A stretch of 64,000 nt of DNA from Ramazzottius varieornatus (Eukaryota > Animalia > Tardigrada): assembly GCA_001949185.1 (NCBI GenBank), contig BDGG01000004.1, forward strand, positions 2,918,168-2,982,167, in the 5' to 3' direction. The notes beneath the pieces were generated by a model. The model had not been told where the DNA came from and ran no database searches. It saw only the letters and a program-made list of their open reading frames with translations. Shown one piece after another: positions 40,494-50,888 of the stretch (positions within the stretch are counted from its first letter, which is position 1; each line of letters starts with the position of its first letter). The position numbers were made by a program, and so were the translations under genes.

Positions 40494-41333
40494 ATGCCTG
40501 ACTCGACTATGCTCATTCCCGAGGACAACATCAGGTAAGTTACAGTGAAAGACCGCACTTTTATACCGGAAATATAATTTCAACTTGAAATGTCATTTCG
40601 AATAAGTTGCTGTGGTCCAGGGTGAGTTCGGTTCTGCATGGGGATTCTCGACAGTATGGAAAACAGAATATGTTTGATGGATCGGACGAAACATGCTGGC
40701 ACAGCGACCAGGGACCTTGCCAGTGGGGTACGTGGGTCGCCGTTTTTGTGCTCGCTTTTGCAAGAATAACTTTCCTATGTTTCCAGTGCTCGTTCGATTT
40801 CAACAGAAGATTCGTCTGGAGGAATTACGCATCCAGTTTCAGGGTGGCTTTGCGGCTCGTCAGATAATATTGAAGGATCTCGATAAAAATGAGAAGGAAG
40901 TGGAGACATTCTGGCCCGATGACAACAACAGCCTGCAGGTTCGCACTGAAAAGCAGTCGCATCTTACGCATAAATGATAAGTTAGACACCAGGACCCTTG
41001 CTACAAGTTGCGAATGCATTCGTGAAGTGAATCTATTGACAAGAGTTCATTTAACACGTGTGATTTGCAGTCGTTTCCGTGCTTATCGCGACCCGAAGTC
41101 AGCCACATCAAGGTACGATGTATAATGTTCTCCTCGGCTGCATAGCGGCTGCAGTATGCTGTATATTAAATTAAGTGTTTGTAATTTGTAGGTTCACTTC
41201 GATGACAGGTATATATAAAGTTCTGCGAACAAACTAGTGTGATAGATTTAGTTCTCATCAATTCGGCAGTAATGACCCATTCGGGAGATGCGTAGTCTAC
41301 AAACTGGAGTTTAACGGAACTGCAGTACAATGA
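40494..41333 (+). CDS. NR2C2AP: Nuclear receptor 2C2-associated protein; exons 40494-40534, 40621-40727, 40787-40938, 41071-41112, 41192-41208, 41270-41333
   Basis: RVSSVLHGDSRQYGKQNMFDGSDETCWHSDQGPCQW, LRIQFQGGFAAR, FWPDDNNSLQ and DPFGRCVVYKL match recalled NR2C2AP motifs; splice phases are consistent. Confidence 0.9.
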
Positions 41334-41713
41334 TCAAGACATGGATGTCTTTGCCTGGTGTTTCTGTCCGAGCAATCCAAGACCAACTTCGCTACTAATC
41401 ACAATTATATCCACTGTCCACGAGTACTCTGTTTTTTCCCCAAGCGCGGAAACAGAAAGTTCCTCCGCGGGTTCGAGGTTCTCGTTGATTCATTATTCAC
41501 GGGTTAAATACTGGCTCTTTCTGGTTCTCTAACATTTCCCTCTCAATGTCTTCTGACTTCTTCATATACGAACCCTTTCTGCAGCTTCTTCCTTAGAATT
41601 ACCCTAGCGTTGTACCCTTGAACTGTCTTAGAGTTCCACTGTTCCAGTAAGCTTAGAATCGGTTGTGACCTGCACCACTTGCCCGTTTCTGCTGTCGTAT
41701 ATGACGCGATATA

Positions 41714-42128
41714 CGAGGTAAAGGACATGGAGTTTTCCAGTGGAAACTTCGGACATGGAAATTTCCAAACTGCGGTGTAGGGTGGCACCACAATATCTGA
41801 TTGTCACGTGACGTCTTACAGACTGGAATGTGAGGTGGGACGTCTTGGCGTAAGTCTTCGTAAAAGACTACAAAAGCGCCTCTTCAGGCCTACGTTTTAT
41901 TTCTTGTCCAGGCTCATTAACATTGGATTTTATCCTGTCTCCTGCAGACCTTCCTTTCTCACCTTTGCACCGTCAAATGACTCGGAAGACGGCTTGGCTA
42001 TGCTCAGAAAGACTTTCTCTATTGACTGACTTACTGTACGACGCAATCTGACCAGCAGCTACGTTAAAACAACCTGGAAATTTTCATGTCCGAAATTTTC
42101 ACTGGAAAACTCCATGTCCTTTACCTCG
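41714..42128. mobile_element. Mariner-type MITE, 415 bp
   Basis: 54-bp TIR CGAGGTAAAGGACATGGAGTTTTCCAGTG...TTTCCA with 3 mismatches; TA on both flanks (41712-41713, 42129-42130). Confidence 0.88.
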
Positions 42129-42566
42129 TACACTGATATTCATGCAAGCCACTAAGATATAGGCGTGACATGACAAGCTAACAGATAAAACACAAGCGTC
42201 CGCGACGATGAGGAATGAGGATAATCTGACGATTCTGATCATTCTGATGTTCCATCCTCAACTTTACGCGTTTCCGAATCCGAAGTACAATTGAATCACT
42301 TTACTCTTTCCGCTGTCGGAAGGCTCTGGGCTCGTGAGTTGGAGCTCTGAAGGCGCTGGTGAATCGGTGATGGACTTGTCGACCTAAGAAGCACTGGATG
42401 GCTACATCTATCTTTGTGTAATGGACAGGCCACGGACCGAGTAATTTCCATGAAGAGATTCTGCTTCAAGTTGTCTAAGGTATTCACGCAGTTGTATTGC
42501 GCACTACGTATCCGCGCTAGGAGGTTTACGAGGCAGGCCAGCAGCAACAACAACGGAGAAGCGGAC

Positions 42567-44651
42567 ATGGAGGAGGGAGGTATCGGTCAACGGGCCCAGT
42601 CTCATGATCCACTTCCGGTCGAAACAACCACCTTCCACAGCAGCTCCACTATGAAGCAAACATCGAGATTACCCCTACTAAGGAAGGCATGTTACGGAGT
42701 TGGTCATGTTTTGAACGACCTTTGTGCAGCTATGTGGTTTAGCTACCTACTTGTCTTCCTACATCAAGTGGTGAGTTAATATGAGGAAGGTTCTTTATGT
42801 ATATGTAAGAAAAAGTTGCTTATATATGTCCAACGTCGTTCTTTTTCTCGCAGCTCAACTTCAGCAGCACCTTTGCCGGAGCGGTCATTCTTCTCGGTCA
42901 GGTGGCGGACGCAGTAGCTACACCTTTTGTGGGATACGAGTCTGATCAGTCACGCTCTGGGTTTTTTGGCTATGGCAGACGGAAATCCTGGCATTTAATA
43001 GGCAGGTACCTAAATGATACCGAAAGACGGAATTAGACCAGTCACGTCTTGCTTCTTACTCAACGGACTGAAATAACAAACGCTTTTGGTTTCAGGAACC
43101 TTTTGTGTGGTGGCGACATTTCCGTTCCTCTTTATCGACTGCATTAGCTGCCATGACAGTCACGACTGGGCAAAATTTATCTATTTCGCACCTTTTGTGG
43201 TAATACGTGTGTTACTGTAAATTTTTATTGTTACCGCTCCCTGCTCAAAGTCGATTTTGATCATCGTGTGTTTTTAGTTAATATTCCAGTTCGGGTGGGC
43301 TTCCGTCCAGATTGCATCGCTAGCAATGATTCCGGACCTTACCTCCGATGACTCAGAAAGGGTCGAGCTGAACTCTATACGGTAAGCGCAATGTCGGCCT
43401 AACCGTGGCTCGATGATCGCTTATGGCCTTGATGTGACGGCTCACAGGTATGCATGGACGATTGCCTCCAACCTTCTGGTGTTCGTTCTTACGGCCTTCG
43501 TTCTTCGATACGGGAACAAGGATTCTGAGCGAGTTACGCCCAACGACGCGGGCACCTTCCAGGTAGGAAAGTCTTTCGTTGTAAATGCTAGCGCAGTGAT
43601 GGCACTGTACGAGTATACCAAACCTTTTCAGCTCATAGTTTTTGTTGTCGTTGGAATCGGCGTCGTGTTCTCCGTAATTTTCCATCTGGGAGTGAAGGAA
43701 CAGCCTTTCACTCATCAGCACTCCGTGGGGCTCTCCGATGAAATGACACTTCCGGGTCGCCGACATATGACATGGAAAAGCTGGTTTATCGAACCACACT
43801 TTTACATTGTGAGTACAAACAGAAACCAATCCAGCATCTCTCCATTCGTACATACAGCAAAGTAAGAAGCTGGAAAGGTATTGTGGTTCCAGGTTAGTTG
43901 CTTGTACATGTCGACACGGCTGTTCGTGAACCTAACTCAAGTCTATATGCCAATGTACATTCTGGACACATTACGAATGAGCAAGGAAAGTATCGGATAC
44001 GTTCCGTTTGTCGTTTACTTCGTCGGATTTCTCTGCTCGATCATAATGAAGCCTGCGACTCGCAGAATAGGAAAGAAGGTACCAATACTTCGGAAGGTCT
44101 ACGCGTATTGCTCACTTACTTAGTTATAACTGTTCTGTTCTTGAAGGTGACGTGTGTTTTGGGGATCATGGCTGGCTTGGCAGTGACCGGCTGGATACAG
44201 TTCCTCAACGTTGATGACAAGAACATATACGGGATAGCTGCCCTACTTGGTGCCTCCGGTACCATTCTGACGATCTCATCGCAGTCCATCACGAACGACC
44301 TGATAGCGGGCAATACTGAAACAGGCGCGTTCGTGTTCGGCGTCATGAGCTTTGCAGATAAGCTAGCCAATGGAGCTGCTGTCATGGCCGTTCAACTGCT
44401 GCAACCAGCAACGTTCGTTTCATTGAATTTTATCTTTTGCGAAAGGGGCGAAAGAGCTATCTTGATTGCTTTCATTTTACTACAGGACGGACCACATGGC
44501 GCACTCGGACTTCTTTGGAAAAGTTATGGTATACGTTCCCACAGGAGCATGCTTGATTGCGTTGGTGTCCATTGTCGCCTTGGTGAATCAGACCGTGGGC
44601 CTACGTAATCGTCGGACTGACTGGACGGAGGCACTCATTCCGGCCTCTTGA
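42567..44651 (+). CDS. MFSD12: Major facilitator superfamily transporter MFSD12 (multi-exon)
   Basis: [50 protein letters not shown]|[34 protein letters not shown] and [18 protein letters not shown]. Confidence 0.92.
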
Positions 44652-45082
44652 GTTCTGACGACCTTAGCTAGCAGTGACCGCAACGCGTCCTGTACAGGGC
44701 ACCAAGGACCAAGGACGGGGTCTGGGATAAAGCAGGAAGTAGTTTGAATGTAAATACAGATTGCCAGTGTGAGATTGTGATAACTATCAGAGATAAGTTC
44801 TCTTTCATCATTCATGTGCCTCACAGTTGTTGACTGCTGCTCAGTATTCCCTTTTTTACGGATTTTCAGTTTTATCTCTTATGAATTGCTTCTTTGATTT
44901 TATTATTTTTACTTAACTTTAATTTATTGTTTGAAAAACTTGGTTTCAATAGTTTCAGTTTCGGAATCTTTTGCATAGCTTCAACGTTAATTGCTTCAAG
45001 AAGCTTTCAAACAGAGGTAGCACCAAAAAGACAAACGATGGTTATGATGATGCCGTGATTAATCCTCAAGCTTGCAAGAAAG

Positions 45083-46467
45083 CTAGTGGTACGTCTCATA
45101 CCGCTGAGGTTTGTCCCGGTGGTAGCGTACCGGAAGTGTGAAGTGGCCTGTTCGGACAGCCCTACCTTGCATGGTATCACATCGTGGGCAATCATCAGCA
45201 TCCTTGCTAACGTGACGATGCAGTAACTATAATGGAGAAAAACCGGATTTGAGTACGGAAAACAACACTATCATCGTACCTCCGATCGAGGAAGTAGACT
45301 AACCATCGCCGTATGAGCAGCCGGCAAGACACAACGAGGGTCGCTCTGGTTCAGAATCTTGCGCGCCAGATGGTCGTCGTCGCTCTTCTGTGCCACACGG
45401 ATATCTTCAATCTGCCTCATTTTTCCTCGGATTACTAGGTTAAACAACCCACCGAGTGAGGTACAAGGGGGTGTTACAGTTGAACGCGATGGAAGAACTA
45501 ACCACAGTCGATGTCGGTGACGAAAGGCTCGCTCAGAAACTCTCGGTTTGTTTTGCGAACTTTCATCCGGTAGTCTGCAGGATGATGTCCTGTACATCCG
45601 CAGAACATCGAGGAATGGAGAAAATCGTGGTCAAAATCGCTCTTGGGGCTGTAAGCGACAGTGGGAACAGTGAGATGACGTTTCACTGGCTCGGTTGGAG
45701 ATTGCCACTCTCGTCAGCCCGTCACTCACAATATTGTCAGTAAGCTCAACCGGCTTGTCATTACAAAACTTACAAAACTCACGGGTCAAGGCGTGGAGGA
45801 TTTTCATGAACTCTTTGTGTCATTCTCTCACGCAGAAATTTTGGTTTGCCTGGAAAGATTAGAAATGTGGACAGATAGAACAGGGAAGTCTGCTGACTCA
45901 GTACCGGCAAACTGTTTGGTACCGATACTGGGCGTACTTTACTGGGAGCTCTTCGAACCTACTTTTCGGAGCTCGATATAACGAAACAACGAACTTACTT
46001 TTCAGTTCTCTTTCTTCGATGGCCTTCCTTGTGAACGTCTCTTTGTAGTGAGAGTTCTGGACAACATTGTCCACACGGGGAAGAATAACTCCAGGATGGA
46101 AACCGCCATTGCGAACTCGAACGCCCCGGTCTGTAAACTGCGGGCTGCTTTTCAGGAACTCGGCCTAAAAATATTATAAACGAGTACCGCATACGAGTTG
46201 ACTTGCCGTTACTTTGCATCGTTCCTCTGCGAATTAGCTTACGAAGCAGTACTGCTTGGCACGCTCGAAGGGCACAGGTTTGTTGTTCAGAGGATTGTCA
46301 ACTTCTTTCGGGTCGTTATAGCCATCCTCGTTGATACTGAAATATTCGGGTACCGGTGGATCAAGATGGTCAGGGCGCACCTGATATTCTCTGTCATTGG
46401 CGGCGACATCAGCCTCGCTCATCACAAGATCCCATATGTGTTTGGAAGATGCTGGAATTTTCGACAT
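45083..46467 (-). CDS. Uncharacterised multi-exon protein with no recognisable domain; internal exon structure uncertain
   Basis: ATG-initiated exon MSKIPASSKHIWDL...AKQYCF|GTAAGC joins in phase to AEFLKSSPQFTDRG...; later open segments are bounded by GT/AG sites and end ...QRYETYH*. Some middle junctions could not be phased. Confidence 0.5.
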
Positions 46468-46931
46468 TGTAGCGAATCATAAGCCCAATCTAACTGGGCC
46501 AGTCTGTCACGCTACGAACAGAGTACATGGTCTTCCTCTGTTCGAGGTACAACTCAGCTGTCGCCCTTAGAGACGGCTTCCCAGTTCGAAATCCAGTGGA
46601 AGATTCAAAACTCGATGCCCGGTCGGGTGGTTGTGGAATATCAGAGAGTACTCTCGGAGAATATGGAATACACGCGATGGACCCAAGACAGAAAGAGGGT
46701 CCAAAGGTCACAAGGCGGATCGAAAATCGCAAACTCGACAGTCATCTTCACTCGGCGCTAGTTGCGCACTAAATTTTGAATACCGACGAGACAGCGCTCA
46801 CAAGCGCTCACAATGGCGCCCACCCTCCCATCATCGTCACTTGATTAACGCTGTCACTTGGCCCATTCAAAGGTTCTCAACGGTTTTACTAGTTCTGATT
46901 CAGAGCTGTTTAAACTTGTGTAGTTATGAGA

Positions 46932-47486
46932 ATGGAGCAAGTGAAGAAGATGATCAGTGAGAAGCTTCGTGAAAAGAAGGTAAGTTGTAAGAGTTTCACT
47001 CCGCATTTCTGCATAACGCCAGTATACTTTCGTCTCAAGGTTGTTGTCTACTCCAAATCCTACTGTCCCTACTGCAAAAAGGCTAAGAATGTTCTTGGCA
47101 AATACCCCATCAAGGACGATCAGATCGAAATCACGGAGCTGGACCTCATGGCAGACCAGGACCAAGCTCATCTGATCCAAGAATACATGAAGTCGCTGAC
47201 TGGTGCAAGCACCGTAAGCTAGTATTCTCCCAGACTGATCAATGTGGGCCCGTTAAAATTCATAGAGACGCTTTTCAAAAGGTTCCACGAGTTTTCATCA
47301 ACGGAAAGTGCATTGGCGGAGGAGACGACACGGAAAAGTAAGCATCGGTCTTTAGTTTGCACGTCCTTTGCGACGTATATATTGCTTTCTCCACGTATGC
47401 TCACCTGCATTTTCTGCAGGCTTGATCGCAATGGGGAGCTGAAGAAGCTTCTGACCGACTCTGGAGCGGTTCGGGGAGAGCTTTAA
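46932..47486 (+). CDS. GLRX: Dithiol glutaredoxin; exons 46932-46979, 47040-47213, 47282-47337, 47420-47486
   Basis: VVVYSKSYCPYCKKAK active site; T|VPRVFINGKCIGGGDD glutathione-binding motifs. Confidence 0.93.
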
Positions 47487-47859
47487 ATTGAGAACCGTTT
47501 AGGCTTTCGCAGCTATTTGCGTTTAAACTACGCAAGGTCGTACCAACCGTTTCGTCTTTTGAGTTTGAAGCTACGGGCATTCCATCGTTTAAATTAAAAG
47601 TTTTCTGCTACAATTAAAAAAAAACAACACCGTGACATGCTTTTGGTGAACAGATGTCGCCTTTTGATGGCTTCTGCGCTCGTATGGCAGACGATAAACG
47701 TAACTTTAAAACAATAAAATTCACTATGGTTTTTGGGGTACATTACGGGTATCACAGCTTATTGAGTGATATCAGAAAAGAACAATATTGATCCCAAAAC
47801 TACAATATCGGATTAGGTTCTGCGTGAGAGTTTGGAGCAAACCTGTTATGAGCACTATT

Positions 47860-49641
47860 CTAGATCGGAATCAAGTGATCGATGCTTCGATCGGACTGCA
47901 ATCTCTTTTCCATCCTGACCAGAAGATGCACTGCATCTATCACTTGCTGAATCGTATCCACCTACACGAGACGCAGATTAAGCCGAAACATTTCAAAATA
48001 CTGATCAAGTAGTGGCAGGTGTCGCTGGTGTATTACTGAATGGGAAACCTCTTACGCACCTCCGAGATACCCAAACGATCAGCGTTTGATATATCATATA
48101 CCCCATTATCTTCCATTCCAGCCACTACGTGCTTATGCATCTTGAGGTTCTTGACTATCTTGGGAAACCTTTCATCCTGTAACGATATGCATATGCATAA
48201 ATAAACTAGATAAATCGTTCGAACAGAATGCCAGATATGGCTGACCTGTGAAAGCAACGGTAGCTTGATAAAGACACTTGCACGGAGGCCACCGGTTCCC
48301 AGATTACTGGGGCAAGATGTGATGAAACCAAGGTGCTGCGAATCGTCGTACATCCATTCGAAGCCTTGACTTCGAAGGTTTTGCTGGAGTGCTGTTAGTG
48401 CCTCACAGAAACGGTCAAAGGCCTGCTTCATGTCCCCACCCGGAAGCATGGATATGAGCTTCAGCTCATCCTCGCACTCATTCACGAACGCAATCAGCGT
48501 TCTGTCATAGTTATACCAAGTTCCTCGTCCATCAGGCCAGTCCCGCGGGATACCGGAAGTACTGTAATATGCGGATGGACGGCAAAACGCGAACCCTTCC
48601 TGTTGACACAACAAGAAGACCTGCAGGTTAGCTCTTAGAACACTATAACAATAACGCGGATCGAAAGTCACTTCCTACCGCTGAAAGTCCGGCAAGGTCC
48701 TCGTTCGAAAGGCTTTTTATCGGAGTATATCGACCTAAATACAGCGGGAGATAAAACACCAGTCAGCTGAACTAGGCGGAACGTACTGTACATCACCAGC
48801 AGTAAAATCGACACGGATATCGTTTTTTTCACTGGAATGAAGAACCATACCTTTCAAATTTCCACGTAGGCTTTCCAACGAGGTCTTTAGAATCCATTCG
48901 ATCTCCCGTCGTTCAGCTCTTGAGCACGCAATCGGCAAGCGAAATCCTCGAATGTTCCGCACTGCGCGTATGCGGCAGGATATCACAAAATCTGGATCCA
49001 AATATCCACCTTTAACCTGAAAAATACCAGGAAATGAAATCAGCAGAGCAAATTATTCTCAAAGAGCGCAGCAAAGTACCAGCGAAGAGATGAAATCGTA
49101 CCAGCGATGAATCGAGGTTGGTAGGATGCTTGTCCGTGGAAGTGTATCCTCCATGCCGTTCCATGATAACCAAGTCGAATACTTCTCTGAAAACTTGGTA
49201 CGATTCCTCGTCTCCCGCAAAGATGCCCAGTGTCTTTATTCTGGGATGGCCTGGTTGGTCAACCCCAACTTGAATACACTGGTCTAATGTAACTCCAGCT
49301 GGGGTTTGGCGATCGCGGAGTAACGCATACAGGTCCGAAGACAGGTACTGCGCTAGGACGTTGGTATGCTTCCGGAAGTCAGGAAACGATTGAGCAGTAG
49401 AGTACAGACGAACCGTTGTCTTTGCAGTTACCGTCGAAGGAGTGGAGGACTCTGGCTGCAGATTCGCACAGGATGCGACATGTGAGGCTGGTAGCTTGTC
49501 CAATCTAGATATTATGTTATAAGCCAAACCAGCGGACACTCCAAGAGGTAGTCCAAACCGTAAAATGAGTCGCCGAGCCATTGCGCTTCTGGTGTTGCGC
49601 CTTCCGCCACTGATCAGTCCGAGATCTACGACAAGATCCAT
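47860..49641 (-). CDS. Phosphagen kinase of the mitochondrial creatine kinase lineage with a divergent active site; exons 49641(or 49581)-49102, 49016-48851, 48734-48679, 48599-48246, 48176-48060, 47961-47860
   Basis: Arg-rich, acid-poor N-terminal presequence; RLY..AQSFPDFRKHTN; TLDQCIQVGVDQPGHPRIKTLG (CK-type loop); RDWPDGRG; CPSNLGT; LPLLSQ|DERFPKI; DISNADRLGISE. Confidence 0.88.
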
Positions 49642-49889
49642 TGCTAGCAGGTAGGTTGAACGTAGTACAGTAATAACTAATGATCAGCATAGGTACGAAC
49701 TGCTTTAGAACAGAATGATGAGCTTGCTCGGTCACGAATGTCAGCTCCGTCCTCCTGGCGAGTTGTCCGCTTCCGCCGGATGGTAATCTTGGGCCATTGC
49801 CAGTCGAACAGGAACGTAAGCGCTACAACGGAGATTGGGGAAGACCTACAAAATTCAAGGCTTGAAATCCGTAACACTGGTACACTACC

Positions 49890-50198
49890 TAAGGTTGTAA
49901 ACAGTGTTATTTTACTATGCAATTAAAATTACTAAAAGTCACGTCGTAATGTTAAATCTACGTGATCAGCTGACTGTAAGTATAATCAATTATCGCTGAC
50001 GAATTTTGACTATTAAAATTGAAAATTGGATTTCCTATGATAATGATTAAAATAACACTGGTTGTAAATTCCGAATTCCATTCCTTTCCGAATTCCGTTT
50101 CATTCCTGGAATTCCGTTCCGTTCCGAAGGGTAGCCGTTTGGAACGGTGAATTCCTATTTGGAAAACCAGCAAAAATCGGAGAAAATTTACAACCTTG
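49890..50198. mobile_element. Older MITE with TIR YAAGGTTGTAAATT and internal TTCCG/TTCCA repeats; its left TIR is interrupted by the 49902-50060 element
   Basis: Removing 49902-50068 restores TAAGGTTGTAAATT, the reverse complement (one mismatch) of AATTTACAACCTTG ending at 50198. Flanks ACACTACC / ACGTCACTACC form only an imperfect TSD. Confidence 0.55.
49902..50060. mobile_element. hAT-type MITE, 159 bp
   Basis: 13-bp TIR CAGTGTTATTTTA / TAAAATAACACTG; perfect 8-bp TSD GTTGTAAA (49894-49901, 50061-50068). Confidence 0.8.
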
Positions 50199-50888
50199 AC
50201 GTCACTACCAGCCTACTGGAAACGTAAACAAATGACAGCACCGCGTTTGCGAAAAATACACTGCAGACAGCGAACCCATGACCCATCTAAGGTGACGGCC
50301 TATAAAATTCGCGGGGCGGCACCCTAACGGATACTGTCGCCGCCGAGGGAGGCTAAAAGGGAAGAAGACGGGAAGGATGGTAGCGCGTATCCCGAGTTCC
50401 CAACCATTGAATTACCCCCTGTGACTCAGAATGCAATGCTATAGCCTTATCTCCTTCTTTTGTGACCTAATTTCGCTTCTTCTTAGTCACATTCCATTCA
50501 CAAGCTTATCTCCACTAATGTTCAAGCACAAACTTACGAACAGGGGTCGAGCACAAACTTACGAACAAAACCAGCTCCGCAACGACAGCTCGTGCCAAAA
50601 AACCCCATGTTACACCACCTGAAGTGGTTTGACATGGATTAACATGGGGTATCAAGTCGCATGAAAGGTTTTGCGAGAGCTCCGCCCAAAAGGGTGGCCT
50701 TCCAGCGGAGCTTCAGAATGAATCATAGACCGCTTGAGTCATCGTAGAAAGCTGTTCGGGCATTCTAAAGCCCTTAACTTGGGGTTAAACTATGGCAAGC
50801 CTGAGCTTATGGCAGAAGAGCAAAGAGAAGTTTCTTGGCACCGGAAGTGGTCTCTACCACTTCCGGTCTCTATCTGTTGTACGTACAG

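Noticed and set aside
47860-49641. Horizontal transfer or contamination as the origin of the CK-like gene
   Set aside because: It has host-style short introns, four apparently at MtCK-conserved positions, and neighbours consistent with vertebrate CKMT-bearing regions.
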